Positions 31,995 through 42,570 are shown, counted from the stretch's first letter. The stretch is 64,000 nucleotides of DNA from an uncultured Acidimicrobiia bacterium (GCA_963836205.1 CAWIIV010000014.1:96001-160000); one strand, 5' to 3'. The notes: generated from the letters alone by a model not told the origin. Made by a program: numbers and translations.

Positions 31995-32980
31995 GCAGGA
32001 AGGGCGGGGAGGAGGCGCTGGGCGCCCGGGCCCACGCCGAAGTGCCCCACCCGGGCCTCGCCCAGCTCCTCGAGGGCGAGGACGACCGCGGCCTGGCCCA
32101 TCGGCGACTCCAGGTTGTCGACGGTGGACACCTTGCCGTTGGCGGTGGCGTCGCCCCGCAGCAGGCCGACGAACACGCCCCGGCCGCCGTCGGTGTCCTG
32201 GCCCGCCTCGGCCGCCACCGCCCGCCCGTCACCGGTGGCCAGGGCCCGGGCCAGGGGGAGGGCGAGGATGTCGTCGCCGACCTCGGCGCCGGCGCCGGAC
32301 ACGACCACGAACCGGGTGCCGGCGATCGGAACCACCCCCAGGGCGGGGGGTGCGCCGGTGATCTCGGGCGGCGGCTCGTAGGACAGGAACCCGGCCGACA
32401 CCATGGCCGCCAACGTCGCCGGCTCGGCGATGAGCCTGGCCAAGGCCTGCTGGCGCACCTGGTCGGCGGTAGCGACGGTGGCGACGGCCGTGGTCGTGGG
32501 TGTCGGCGCCGATCCTCCGGATGCCCCGGCGTCGGGTGCCACCGTGGTGGTGGGCACGGCGCCGGTGAGGGCGGTCGTGAGGGCCCGGATCTCCCCGTCG
32601 TTGTCGAGGCGCATCTTGGACGTCACCCACACCGTTCCCTGGAGAGACGCCCCCGACGTGACGAGGGACTGGCGGAGGGCATCGACCGGCTTGCGGTCGA
32701 TGCCGGTGACCGCGATCACGAGCACGGGCACGCCCGGGAGCTGGTCGCGCACGACGTGGGTGAGGGCCTGGTCGGCGAAGTCCTGTCCCTCCCGGACCTG
32801 GTCGGACAGCCGGCGGTTCTCCTCCCGGGTCCGGTTCACGTCCGACCGCACGTTGTTGAGGTTGTTGTTGAGGGCGTCGACGGTGACCCGGTCGATCACC
32901 GTCGACCCCATCACGATTCCCATCCCCAAGGCGAGGAACACGGCCACCAGGGAGACGACGTGGTACCGAAGGTTGATCAC
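31991..32980 (-). CDS. steB: MctB/SteB family protein
   Basis: INLRYHVVSLVAVFLALGMGIVMG N-terminus; VSTVDNL...GHFG C-terminus; follows steA. Confidence 0.85.
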   Translation of the reverse strand: MINLRYHVVSLVAVFLALGMGIVMGSTVIDRVTVDALNNNLNNVRSDVNRTREENRRLSDQVREGQDFADQALTHVVRDQLPGVPVLVIAVTGIDRKPVDALRQSLVTSGASLQGTVWVTSKMRLDNDGEIRALTTALTGAVPTTTVAPDAGASGGSAPTPTTTAVATVATADQVRQQALARLIAEPATLAAMVSAGFLSYEPPPEITGAPPALGVVPIAGTRFVVVSGAGAEVGDDILALPLARALATGDGRAVAAEAGQDTDGGRGVFVGLLRGDATANGKVSTVDNLESPMGQAAVVLALEELGEARVGHFGVGPGAQRLLPALPA

Positions 32981-34236
32981 AGGAGGGCGCGCCAGGTCTC
33001 TTCGAGGCTGAACCACAAGGCCCGGATGAAGACGTGCAGGGGTTGGGCCACGGCCACCATCACGAGCATGGCGAACAGGGCCGCCGCCACCAGGAAGCCC
33101 AGGTCGCGGGTGCGGACCCGGCTCTGGTACAGCCGGCTCACGCCCTTGGCGTCGACGAGGATGGGTCCCACCTTCAGCCGCACGAGGAAGGTCGAGGCCA
33201 TCCCCGCCCGGCCCTTGTCGAAGAACTCGACCATCGAGGCGTGGGTGCCGACGGCCACGATCAGCTCGGCCCGCTTCTCGTAGGCCAGCAGCATGGCCAC
33301 GTCCTCGGAGGTGCCGGCGGCCTCGAAGGTGGCGTAGGGCAGCCCCAGCTCGTCGAGGCGGGCGGCCCCCGGGGCGTGTCCGCCCCGGAAGGCGTGCACC
33401 ACCAGCTCGGCCTCGCCCCGGAGGGCGTCGGTGGACACCGAGTCGAAGTCGCCGATGATGACGTCGGGCCGGTGCCCGGCCTCGATCACCGCGTCGGCCC
33501 CGCCGTCGACGGCGATGACGACGGGCCGGATCTCGTGGATGTAGGCCCGCAGGGCTTGCAGGTCGGCCCTGGAATCCGACCCGCCCCGCACCACCACCAG
33601 GACGTGACGGCCGGCCATGTCGATCTTGAGGTCGGGCAGGACGGGCGTCTCGGTGAGGAGGTGCCGCTCCTGGCGCAGGTACTCGAGGGTGTTCTCGGCG
33701 AAGGCCTGCAGCTCGACGTCGATCGACTGCTTGGCCACCTCGATCTGGGCCTCGAGCGACTCCAGGCTGTGGCGGGTGCCGGTGGCGACCACCTCTCCGT
33801 CGCGGGACACGGCGCCGCCCTCGATCCGCAGGACGTCGCCCTCCGCGATCCGGTCCATCACCTGGCTGCCGATCTCGTCGACCAGGGGAATGCCGGCCGC
33901 GGCCAGCAGCAGGGGCCCGAGGTTGGGATAGCGGCCGGAGATCGACCGAGAGGCGTTGACCACCGCCGCCGCCTGGGCCCGGATGAGCCCCTCGGCCGCC
34001 ACCCGATCGAGGTCCTCGTGGTCGATGACGGCCACCTCGCCCGGGAGCAGGCGGGGGATGAGGTTCTTGGTGCGGCGGTCGACCCGGGCCCGGCCGACGG
34101 CCACGCCCGTCTGCTCGGGGGCGGCCGGCCCCCCGGGTTGGCCGTTGCCGTTGGCCCGCGACCACACCTGGCGCAGCCGGGGCGCCAGCCGCGACCGCTC
34201 CCGGTCGGCAGTCGGGTCGGTGGTGGGACGGGCCAT
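32977..34236 (-). CDS. steA: Cytokinetic ring protein SteA
   Basis: DRRTKNL, IDHEDLD, SISGRYPNLGP, VDGGAD, GTSED, DKGRAGMASTFL. Confidence 0.92.
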   Translation of the reverse strand: MARPTTDPTADRERSRLAPRLRQVWSRANGNGQPGGPAAPEQTGVAVGRARVDRRTKNLIPRLLPGEVAVIDHEDLDRVAAEGLIRAQAAAVVNASRSISGRYPNLGPLLLAAAGIPLVDEIGSQVMDRIAEGDVLRIEGGAVSRDGEVVATGTRHSLESLEAQIEVAKQSIDVELQAFAENTLEYLRQERHLLTETPVLPDLKIDMAGRHVLVVVRGGSDSRADLQALRAYIHEIRPVVIAVDGGADAVIEAGHRPDVIIGDFDSVSTDALRGEAELVVHAFRGGHAPGAARLDELGLPYATFEAAGTSEDVAMLLAYEKRAELIVAVGTHASMVEFFDKGRAGMASTFLVRLKVGPILVDAKGVSRLYQSRVRTRDLGFLVAAALFAMLVMVAVAQPLHVFIRALWFSLEETWRALL

Positions 34237-35850
34237 CAGCGTCCCCGCGCGGGACGCGGCGGCCAGCAGTTCCTCGGCGTGGTCGTGGGCGGTGGCGCTC
34301 GACGGCTGACCCGACAGCATGCGCGACAGCTCCACCACCCGCTGGCGGTCGCCGAGGGGACGCACGTCGGCCACCGTCCGCCCGTCCCGCTCGTCCTTGG
34401 TGACCGCGACCTGGTGGTCGGCGAAGGCGGCCACCTGGGCCAGGTGGGTGACGACCACGACCTGGTGCCCGGTGCCGTAGTGACCCGCCCCCGGACCGGC
34501 CAGCTCGGCGAGAGCCCGGCCCACGGCCAAGGCGGCCTGGCCCCCGACGCCGGCGTCGACCTCGTCGAAGACCAGGGTGGGCGGGGCGTCGCTCAGCACC
34601 AGCCGGCAGGCGAGCATGGTGCGGGCCAGCTCGCCACCGGAGGCGACCTTGGCCAGGGGCAGGGCGTCCTCCCCCGGGTTCGCCCCCAGGAGGAAGCTCA
34701 CCGAGCCGCCCGCGGGGTCGTCGTCGGCCACGGACACCTCGAACCGAGCCCGGGGCAGGGCCAGCTCCCTCAGGTGGCGCTCGACCGCGGCCGCCAGCCG
34801 GGGCGCCGCCGCTCGGCGGGCCCGACCCACGGCCGCGGCGGCATCTTCGACGGCGGCCACGGCCACGATCCGCTCCTTCTCCAACTCCTTCACCCGCTCG
34901 TCGTGGGAGTGGAGCTCGGCCAACCGGTTTCGAGCGTCGGCCCCGTACTCCAAGACGTCGGACAACCGCTCACCGTACTTGCGGCAGAGCTCGCTCAGCA
35001 GTCGCCTCCGGCCCCGGACCTGATCGAGCCGCTCCGGATCCTCGGCGATGGCGTCGGCCGTCCGGCGGGCGTCGGCCGCGGCCTCGTCCAACTCGGCCGC
35101 CACCGAGCGCAGCCGGGACTCGATCTCGGCGAACGGCCGCCGCCCGGCGACGGCCTCGATCGCCACCGCCACCGCGTCGGCGGCACCGCCGTCGTCGCGC
35201 AGGGCGGCGTGAGCGGCCGTCCCCGCCTGACGGTGGGCGGCGGCCGCAGCCAACAGCTCCTCCTCCACCTCCAAGGACTCGTCCTCACCCGGATCGGTGA
35301 TCCCGGCCGCGTCGAGCTCGCCCACCTGGAAGGCCAGCAGGTCGATCTCCCTGGCTCGCGACCGGGCGTCGCCCCCGAGCGCGCCGAGTGCGTCGTCGAG
35401 CTCCTTCACCCGAGCCCGGGCCGCGGCCAGGGGCTCGAGGTCGACCGCGCCGAAGCGGTCGAGGGCGGCCCGCTGCACCCGTCCCCCGAGCAGGGACTGG
35501 TGGGCGTGCTGGCCGTGGAGGTCGACCATCCGGGCGCCGATCTCGGCCAGCTCGGCCACCGTGGCCAGCCGCCCGTCGACGTAGGCCCGCGACCGCCCAC
35601 GGCGGGGCACGACCCGGGCCAGCACCACCTCGTCGTCGCCGATCACGAACCGTCCCTCGACCCGGGCCTCGTCGGCCCCCGGGCGCACCAGGACGGGGTC
35701 GGCCCGCTCGCCGACCAGCAGCTCGATGGCCTCCACCACCAGCGTCTTGCCGGCACCGGTCTCGCCGGTGAGGGCGGTCATTCCCGGTTCGAGGACGAGG
35801 GTGAGGTCGGCGATCACCCCCAGGTCGCGCACGTGCAGCTCGGCCAGCAT
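34236..35850 (-). CDS. recN: DNA repair protein RecN (stop out of frame, apparently fused to steA)
   Basis: TGETGAGKT Walker A, KVASGGE signature, FDEVDAG Walker B, VTHLAQVA. Confidence 0.95.
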
Positions 35851-36716
35851 CAGCGGTCGGCCACCCGCAGCTTGGCCCGGAGGACGCCGTAGAAGTCCCG
35901 CGATCCGAAGGTGACGAAGCGGGCGGGCCGGGCCGCAGGGCGGCAGACGATGGCGTCACCCCGACGCAGCATCCCGTGCTCGCGGCCGTCGACGGTGAGG
36001 GCGGCGGGACGGTCGTCGGCCACCTCCACCCGTACCGGCTCGTCGCCGGCCACCACCAGGCTGCGGTCGAGGGCCAGGTGGGGGAACACCGGGGTGACGA
36101 CCATGGCCCGCAGCCGGGGCGACACGATCGGCCCCCGGGCGGAGAACGAGTAGGCGGTTGATCCCGTGGGCGTGGCCACGATGAGGCCGTCGCCGGCGTA
36201 GGTGACCCACGGCTGGCCGCCGATGGTGGTCGAAAGGTGGACGGTGTTGCCCGGCCGCGGCTTCTCCACGACGGCGTCGTTGAGGGCGAGGATCTCGGCG
36301 CTGGCGGCGGCGGAGCCGGACGCCGCCCGCCGGACCTCGACCGCCAGCATCATGCGCTCTTCGATGGTGTAGTCGCCGGCCAGGAAGCGCTCGAGGGCGG
36401 TCAGAAGCTCGTCCGGCTCGACCTGGGCCAGGTAGCCGAGGTGACCGAGGTTGACGCCGAGGACGGGCGTGCCCGGCCCTGCCGCCAGCCGCACGGCACG
36501 GAGGACGGTGCCGTCGCCGCCGAGGGCGACGATCACGTCGGCCGGGTCGGCCAGGTCGTTGGCGCCGGCACCGAGCTCGGCCATACCCAGGTGGGCGGCG
36601 TCGTCCTCCGGCATGTTCACCGCGTGGCCCCGCTCGGCCAGCCAGGCCGACGCCTTGCGGGCGTACTCGCCGGCGTGGGGGCGGCGGGGGTGGACGACGA
36701 GGACGACGGTGGCCAT
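35850..36716 (-). CDS. nadK: NAD kinase
   Basis: LGGDGT, GVNLGHLGYL, ALND, DGLIVATPTGSTAYS. Confidence 0.95.
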   Translation of the reverse strand: MATVVLVVHPRRPHAGEYARKASAWLAERGHAVNMPEDDAAHLGMAELGAGANDLADPADVIVALGGDGTVLRAVRLAAGPGTPVLGVNLGHLGYLAQVEPDELLTALERFLAGDYTIEERMMLAVEVRRAASGSAAASAEILALNDAVVEKPRPGNTVHLSTTIGGQPWVTYAGDGLIVATPTGSTAYSFSARGPIVSPRLRAMVVTPVFPHLALDRSLVVAGDEPVRVEVADDRPAALTVDGREHGMLRRGDAIVCRPAARPARFVTFGSRDFYGVLRAKLRVADR

Positions 36717-37586
36717 TCAGTCCGCCCCTGGCTCGGCCGCCCGGACCGCCTCGGCCACGGTGTTCTCGACGAGGTCGGCCAGGAGGGCGGGTGCGAGGCC
36801 CGGGTGGCCCGGGTGGCCCGGGTGGCCCGGGTGGCCCGGGTGGCCGACGCCGAGGTGGGCGAGGAACTCGACGTTGCCGTCGGCTCCCCGGAGGGGCGAG
36901 ACCATCAGGCCCCGGAGACCGGCATCGGCCGCGCCGTACGTGGCCACGACCTCGGCGACGACCCGTGACCACACGTCGGGGTCGCGGATCACGCCCCGGT
37001 TGCGGCTGGCTTCGGCCCGTCCCGCCTCGAACTGGGGTTTGATCAGCACGACCAGGTCGGCCCCGGGCGCGGCCAGCCCGAGCAGGGCGGGAGCGACCGT
37101 GCGCAGGGAGATGAAGGACAGGTCGGCCACGATCAGGGGGAAGGGCTCCGCCTGGAGGCGGTCGGGCGTGAGGTCGCGGATGTTGGTGCGCTCGACGACC
37201 GTCACCCGGGGGTCCTGGCGCAGGCGAAGGTCGAGCTGGCCGTAGCCGACGTCGACCGCCACCACCGACGCCGCCCCCCGCTGGAGGAGGCAGTCGGTGA
37301 AGCCACCGGTCGACGACCCCGCGTCGAGGGCCCGCCGCCCCTCGACGACGACGTCGAAGCGGTCGAGGGCGGCGTCGAGCTTGTCGCCGCCCCGGCCCAC
37401 GAACCGGGCCGGGGGACCCTCGATCTCCAGACGGTCGTCGGGCGCGACCATCCGGGCCGGCTTGTCGGCGGGGACGCCGCCCACCCGCACCCGGCCGGCC
37501 TCGATGTCGTGGCGCGCCCGATGACGGGTAGGCGCCAGGCCACGCCTGACCATCTCGGCATCCAGCCGCCGGCGCAGCGAGCTCAG
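36717..37586 (-). CDS. tlyA: TlyA family rRNA 2'-O-methyltransferase
   Basis: RRRLDAEM S4 domain, GGDKL, DAGSSTGGFTD, DLSFISL, IKPQFE, GADGNVEF. Confidence 0.93.
   Translation of the reverse strand: MSSLRRRLDAEMVRRGLAPTRHRARHDIEAGRVRVGGVPADKPARMVAPDDRLEIEGPPARFVGRGGDKLDAALDRFDVVVEGRRALDAGSSTGGFTDCLLQRGAASVVAVDVGYGQLDLRLRQDPRVTVVERTNIRDLTPDRLQAEPFPLIVADLSFISLRTVAPALLGLAAPGADLVVLIKPQFEAGRAEASRNRGVIRDPDVWSRVVAEVVATYGAADAGLRGLMVSPLRGADGNVEFLAHLGVGHPGHPGHPGHPGHPGLAPALLADLVENTVAEAVRAAEPGAD
36797..36846. repeat. 9-bp tandem repeat x5 encoding (GHP)n in the TlyA C-terminus
   Basis: cccgggtgg repeated in tandem. Confidence 0.9.
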
Positions 37587-38283
37587 GCCTTCTCGGGGGC
37601 GGACGGCCCGGACGGCCCCGCGGCTCGGCCCTTCCGCGGCGTCGCCCTCCCGGCGGCCGGCTTGAAGGCCGGCTCAGCCGCGTCGACTGCCGGCGCGGCG
37701 GCCCTCGCCGCCGGCGTGGCCGGCATGGCAGTGTTGGCGGCTGGGGCCGGCCCGCGCCTCTTGGCGGACGGCGTGGCGGTCTTGGCGGCCGGCGGGACCG
37801 GCGTGGCGGTCTTGGCGGCGGACGGCTCGGCGCGTCGACACGCGGCTTGGGGGTCTTGGCGCCTGGCTTGGGGGTCTTGGCAGCCGGGTTGGGGGTAGTC
37901 GCGGCCGGCTTGCCGAGCCTTGCGGTCTTGGCGGTCGGGGCCGGGGGGCGGGCGGGCGGCTCCGGTCTTGGCTCGGCGGGCGACTTCGGGTTTGCGGGGC
38001 GAACGGCGTCGAGCTTGGCCTCCATGCGGGCGATGTCGTCCTTGGTAGCCAGACCCAGGGCGGCCACCTGCTCCCGGATCTCCGACCGGACCAGGTCACG
38101 CAGCTCCTCCGAGCCCTGACGGCTGCGCTCGACGATCCGCTCGAACGCCTTCTGCGCCTGGCCCACCGCCGTCTCCCCCGAGTCGGCCAGATCGCGCAGG
38201 ATTCCCTCCGCCTTCTGTTGCGTCACCGAGAACCAGGCCATCCCCGCCTCCACGTAGCGGCGGAACCCTTCATCCTCAGACAT
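37583..38283 (-). CDS. Phasin/PhaF-like protein with basic AKT/P-rich tail (tail frameshifted)
   Basis: VTQQKAEGILRDL...LGLATKDDIARMEAKL; AKTP/AKTA histone-H1-like repeats. Confidence 0.7.
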
Positions 38284-38333
38284 GGGTCGAGGGTACCAAT
38301 CGACCCTCCAGCCGAGCGTAAGCTCGGCCAGGC

Positions 38334-39092
38334 GTGATCCCGCTCAAGGACTACAACCCGACACGCAGGTTCCCGGCGGTGACGGTGCTGCTGATCGCCA
38401 TCAACGTCGGCGTCTACTTCCTGGTGCAGCAGCCCAACGAATCGCGCGACGGCGAGGCCGAGTTCACGTACTCCCATGCCGCCATCCCCTGCGAAGTGGT
38501 CGAGGGTGAGCCCCTCTCGGAGGAGGAGGTTCGTCGCACCCTGGCCCTGAACGACACCGAGTCCTGCATCCACAACGACTCGACCCCTCAGGTGTTCCCC
38601 AACAAGAGCGTCTACCTGGCCCTTCTCTACTCGATGTTCCTGCACGGCAGCCTGCTGCACATCGGCGGGAACATGCTCTTCCTCTGGATCTTCGGCAACA
38701 ACATCGAGGACCGGATGGGTGTCGGCGGCTACCTCGCGTTCTACGTGGTGTCGGGCCTGGTGGCGAGTGCGGCCCACATCGCGGTCCAGCCCAACAGCAC
38801 CATCCCCGTGATCGGGGCGTCGGGGGCCGTGGCCGGGGTGATGGGCGCCTATCTGGTGCTCTTCCCGCACGTGCGCATCCGGACCCTGTTCCTCTTCCTC
38901 CTCGTCCTCATCCGCGACATCCAGGCCAAGTGGCTGCTCGGCTTCTGGTTCGTGCTCCAGTTCTTCACCAATCCATCGGCGGGGGTGGCGTGGGTGGCCC
39001 ACGTCGGTGGCTTCGCCTTCGGCGCGCTGGTCGCGCTCTTGCTCCGCAACCGCCTGCGGCCAGCCACCGTCGACCCCACGCCGGCGTACTGA
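38334..39092 (+). CDS. Rhomboid intramembrane serine protease
   Basis: MIPLKD, SMFLHG..HIGGNM, GASGAVAG, AWVAHVGG. Confidence 0.95.
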   Translation: MIPLKDYNPTRRFPAVTVLLIAINVGVYFLVQQPNESRDGEAEFTYSHAAIPCEVVEGEPLSEEEVRRTLALNDTESCIHNDSTPQVFPNKSVYLALLYSMFLHGSLLHIGGNMLFLWIFGNNIEDRMGVGGYLAFYVVSGLVASAAHIAVQPNSTIPVIGASGAVAGVMGAYLVLFPHVRIRTLFLFLLVLIRDIQAKWLLGFWFVLQFFTNPSAGVAWVAHVGGFAFGALVALLLRNRLRPATVDPTPAY

Positions 39093-39094
39093 CG

Positions 39095-40306
39095 ATGGCC
39101 CTGTTCCAGCCCTTCCCCGGCATCCGCTACGACCCCGACCGGGTCGAGCTGGCCGACGTGCTCGCCCCCCCGTACGACGTGGTCGACGACGAGGCCCGGG
39201 CCCGATTGGAGGCCCGCAGCCCTTATAACGCGGTATCGGTGGAGTTGGGCCGGGTCGGCGCCGACGACGATCGCTACGACCGGGCCACCCGGCACTTCGA
39301 CGACTGGCTGGCCGAGGGAATCCTCGTCGTCGACGAGGAGCCGAGCTTCTACGTCTACCGGATGGGGTGGCACGACGAGTCGGGCCAGGCCCACCAGACC
39401 ACCGGCATCCTGGGCGCGCTCGAGCTGTCGCTGCCCGAGGAGGGTCGGGTGCTCCCCCACGAGCGGACCATGGGCAAGCCCAAGGGCGACCGCCTCCGCC
39501 TCTTACGGGCGTGCCGGGCCAACCTGTCGCCGGTGTGGGGCCTGTCGCTGGCCGAGGGACTCTCCGATCTCTGTGTGGTGGCGGGTCCGCCGGTAGGGCG
39601 GGCAACCGACGAGGACGGAGTGCACCACCGGCTCTGGCGCGTCACCCAGCCCGGCGTGGTGGCGGCCATCGCCGAGGCGGTGGGTTCGGCGCCGGTGGTG
39701 ATCGCCGACGGCCACCATCGGTACGAGACCGCTCTCGCCTACCGGGACGAACGGCGGGCCGCGACCGGCAAGGCCAGTGGCGACTTCGACATGCTTCTGG
39801 CCCTGGTGGTGGAGCTGAGCGAGGATCAGCTGCAGGTACAGCCGATCCACCGGCTGATCTCCGGCCTGCCCGACAACTTCGATCTCGTGGGTGCCCTGGC
39901 CCGGTTCTTCGAGGTGCAGGACCTGGTCGACCCGCCCCCCGCCGGCGCCGCCGCGTGGCTCACCACGCGGATGGACACCGACGGCGCCCTCGCGCTGGTC
40001 GTGGGCGAACGGGCCTGGCTGCTGCGACCCCGCGGCCACGAGAACAGCGCCGACGAACCCGACGCCACCATGCTCGACGCCGCCCTCTCCGCCCTGCCCG
40101 ACCACATCCTCGACTTCCACCAGTCGGCCGCCCTCGTCGTCGAGCTGGTGCGCTCCGGCAAGACCCAGGCGGCCGTGTTCGTGCGCCCGGTGGCAGTGCG
40201 CCAGATCGCGGCCGCGGCCCGGGCCGGCCATCGGATGCCGGCCAAGACGACGTTCTTCGCCCCCAAGCCTCGCACCGGCCTGGTGTTTCGCCGCCTCCAC
40301 GACTGA
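39095..40306 (+). CDS. DUF1015 family protein
   Basis: PFPGIRY, PPYDV, PHERT, IADGHHRYETA, MPAKTTFFAPK. Confidence 0.9.
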   Translation: MALFQPFPGIRYDPDRVELADVLAPPYDVVDDEARARLEARSPYNAVSVELGRVGADDDRYDRATRHFDDWLAEGILVVDEEPSFYVYRMGWHDESGQAHQTTGILGALELSLPEEGRVLPHERTMGKPKGDRLRLLRACRANLSPVWGLSLAEGLSDLCVVAGPPVGRATDEDGVHHRLWRVTQPGVVAAIAEAVGSAPVVIADGHHRYETALAYRDERRAATGKASGDFDMLLALVVELSEDQLQVQPIHRLISGLPDNFDLVGALARFFEVQDLVDPPPAGAAAWLTTRMDTDGALALVVGERAWLLRPRGHENSADEPDATMLDAALSALPDHILDFHQSAALVVELVRSGKTQAAVFVRPVAVRQIAAAARAGHRMPAKTTFFAPKPRTGLVFRRLHD

Positions 40307-40340
40307 TTCCGCCGTCGCCCGACCCGGGGGCGCCTGCCCC

Positions 40341-40697
40341 TCACGTGCACGCCGCGTCCAGCCGGGCCTGGGCCGCCTCCAGCGCCGATCGGGCCCGCTT
40401 GGCCTGGCGGGCGGCGACCACGATGTCGGCCACCACCTCGGTGCGGCTCTGGGTAGCGCCCCCGGTTCGGAAGAAGCGCCGTCGGACCCGGCCGACCACC
40501 ACCACCTGCTCGTCGACCGGCAGCTCGGCCGCCCGAGCGGGCGCATCGAACCACACCACCGGCACGCTCTCCGCCCGCTCCCCCGGGCGGGGAACCGTCA
40601 CCTCGTAGGTGACCATCCGGTCGCCCGACGGGAGCTCGCGCACCTCGGCCGGCCGGGCCAGATGCCCCACCAGCGCCACCACGTTCGTCATCGCCAT
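40341..40697 (-). CDS. Short single-stranded DNA-binding protein (SsbB-like)
   Basis: NVVALVGHL, RELPSG, GRVRRRFF, TEVVA OB-fold; no acidic tail. Confidence 0.85.
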   Translation of the reverse strand: MAMTNVVALVGHLARPAEVRELPSGDRMVTYEVTVPRPGERAESVPVVWFDAPARAAELPVDEQVVVVGRVRRRFFRTGGATQSRTEVVADIVVAARQAKRARSALEAAQARLDAACT

Positions 40698-40896
40698 CAC
40701 CCCTGTTGTCGTGGCCGCGAAGGCCCGGAGACGAGGGGGAAGCGTCTGCCGACAAGGCTATCGGGAGGCTGAGACACCTCGGTCCGCTCGAAGGTCCGGC
40801 CATCTCTGTGGACGGCCTTCGTCGTCGGATCGGTTCCTTCGGTTCGGCTCACGGTGCGACCGGAGCGGCCACCACTCGACAGCGGCGCCGGCCGGG

Positions 40897-42546
40897 TCAG
40901 TCAAGGGCGAGAAGGCGCTCGGCGGCGTCGGCGAGGGTGGCGTCGGCCGCCACCACCCGGCTGAAGAGCTCGCGCGCCCGGGGGGCGTCACCCGCCCGTT
41001 CGTGGAGGTCGGCGAGGGCGTACCAGAGGCGGAGGTGGTAGGGCCGGACCACCCGGCGGGGCTCGAGGGGGCCTCGCTCCAAGAGGCGGATCGCGCCCTT
41101 CACGTCGCCCCGGTCGGCCAGGGCCCCGGCGGCGACAATCCGGCCCTCGGCCATCAGCTCCGGCTCGGGCGACGCCTCCCGGAGCTCCTCCCACAGGGCG
41201 TCGACCTTGGCGTAGCGCCCGAGGGCGCGGTAACAGTCGGCCAGCACCGGGTGTTGCTCGAAGGACCCGGTCGCGGAACGGAACGCTTCCAGGTGGCGGG
41301 ACGCCTCCGCCCACCGGCCCAGCCGGTAACAGGCCAGCCCGGCCAACTCCCGCACCGAGGGGACCTCGGGCGCGTCGCGCAGAAGAGGCCGGAGCAGACG
41401 CATGGCGTCCTGGGGGCGGTCGCGCTCGAAGGCGGACGCCGCCTCCACCAGGCGAGCCTCCATTTTGACCGCAATCGGGGCACCGACGGCCCGGACGAGC
41501 TCGTCGGCCACCGGCTTGGGGGCCTTGCGCCGGGGCCGCTCTGGTGCAGGCGGGGGCCGACCGGTCGAGCCGGCCGGGGCGAGCGCGGCCGCGGTCTCCA
41601 CCGGGCCCTCCCTCTGCCAATCCTCCGGCTCCCACGCCGGCGGCGGCCCCCCTCGCTTGTCGTACTCGTCGTTGCGGGGCCGGTCGTCGGCCACCTGCAT
41701 GTTGTGGGCGCCCTTGCGGGCCAGACTCCCCCATCCCTTGGGACCGGGCGGCGACCACGGCCCGGCGTCGGCGGGACGTGCCCCTTGGCCGCGTGGGCTC
41801 CGACCACGGCTGTCGCTGTCACCGCCGCCGGTTGGCGGGCGGGGTGATCGAGGGTCGTCACCGCCGGACCGGGCCGGACCCCGTCCGGTCGACGTGGGAC
41901 GCCCGCGAACCGGCGGGCGGTCGGAGCGGGGGTCACGGGGCGACGACGATCCCGGGACTCGTCCTCCGCTCCACGCGCCGGAGTCGGCCGTGGGTGGTCG
42001 AGCGCCCCGGACCGGTCGACGCTCTCCATCGACGCCATCGGACGAGGGCCGAGCCGACGAGGATCGCCCTGTCGACGGACGAGGCGTCGAGGGCCGGGCT
42101 GACGAGGTTCGCCCCGGGAACGGTCGGTCTGAGGAGGGCCGCTCTGACGGCCGGTCTGAGGAGGGCCGGTCTGAGGACCGAGCCGACGACGGACGGGCTG
42201 ACGAGGACCGAGCCGAGGAGGGACGCCCCGACGAGGGACGGGCTGGCGACGGACGGGCTGGCGACGGACGGGCTGACGAGGCTCGAGGCGGCCGGGCCCC
42301 GGGCCCGGCGGCCGACGGGCGATCACTCCGGCTTGGTCGGCGCTCACCCTCGGACCCGGCCGACGGGCGAGGCCCCCGCCCGGTTGTCGCCGGTCGGCGC
42401 GACCCGGCATCGGCACTCCCACTCCCCGCTCGTCCGGCCTGGGGCCGGGCCCCGGAGGGCCGCTGGGTCCCTCGTGCCGGCGGTCGTCCGCCCTGACCGG
42501 CAGGGGGCGTCGGCTCGTCGTCGGGCCGGGGACGACGGGTAGCCAT
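40897..42546 (-). CDS. TPR protein with long disordered R/S/P-rich N-terminus
   Basis: VRELAGLACYRLGRW, LADCYRALGR, LRLWYALADL; typical gene downstream of actinobacterial rrn; 15-bp RPSSA repeats at about 42050-42280. Confidence 0.8.
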   Translation of the reverse strand: MATRRPRPDDEPTPPAGQGGRPPARGTQRPSGARPQAGRAGSGSADAGSRRPATTGRGPRPSAGSEGERRPSRSDRPSAAGPGARPPRASSARPSPARPSPARPSSGRPSSARSSSARPSSARSSDRPSSDRPSERPSSDRPFPGRTSSARPSTPRPSTGRSSSARPSSDGVDGERRPVRGARPPTADSGAWSGGRVPGSSSPRDPRSDRPPVRGRPTSTGRGPARSGGDDPRSPRPPTGGGDSDSRGRSPRGQGARPADAGPWSPPGPKGWGSLARKGAHNMQVADDRPRNDEYDKRGGPPPAWEPEDWQREGPVETAAALAPAGSTGRPPPAPERPRRKAPKPVADELVRAVGAPIAVKMEARLVEAASAFERDRPQDAMRLLRPLLRDAPEVPSVRELAGLACYRLGRWAEASRHLEAFRSATGSFEQHPVLADCYRALGRYAKVDALWEELREASPEPELMAEGRIVAAGALADRGDVKGAIRLLERGPLEPRRVVRPYHLRLWYALADLHERAGDAPRARELFSRVVAADATLADAAERLLALD

Positions 42547-42570
42547 GCTTTGCAGACTACCTACGAACGC

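Noticed and set aside
32977-35850. 957-aa RecN-SteA fusion ORF
   Set aside because: A TGATG stop/start overlap sits exactly at the junction (34234-34238), one base out of the recN frame. With the many other indels, an assembly error is the simplest explanation.
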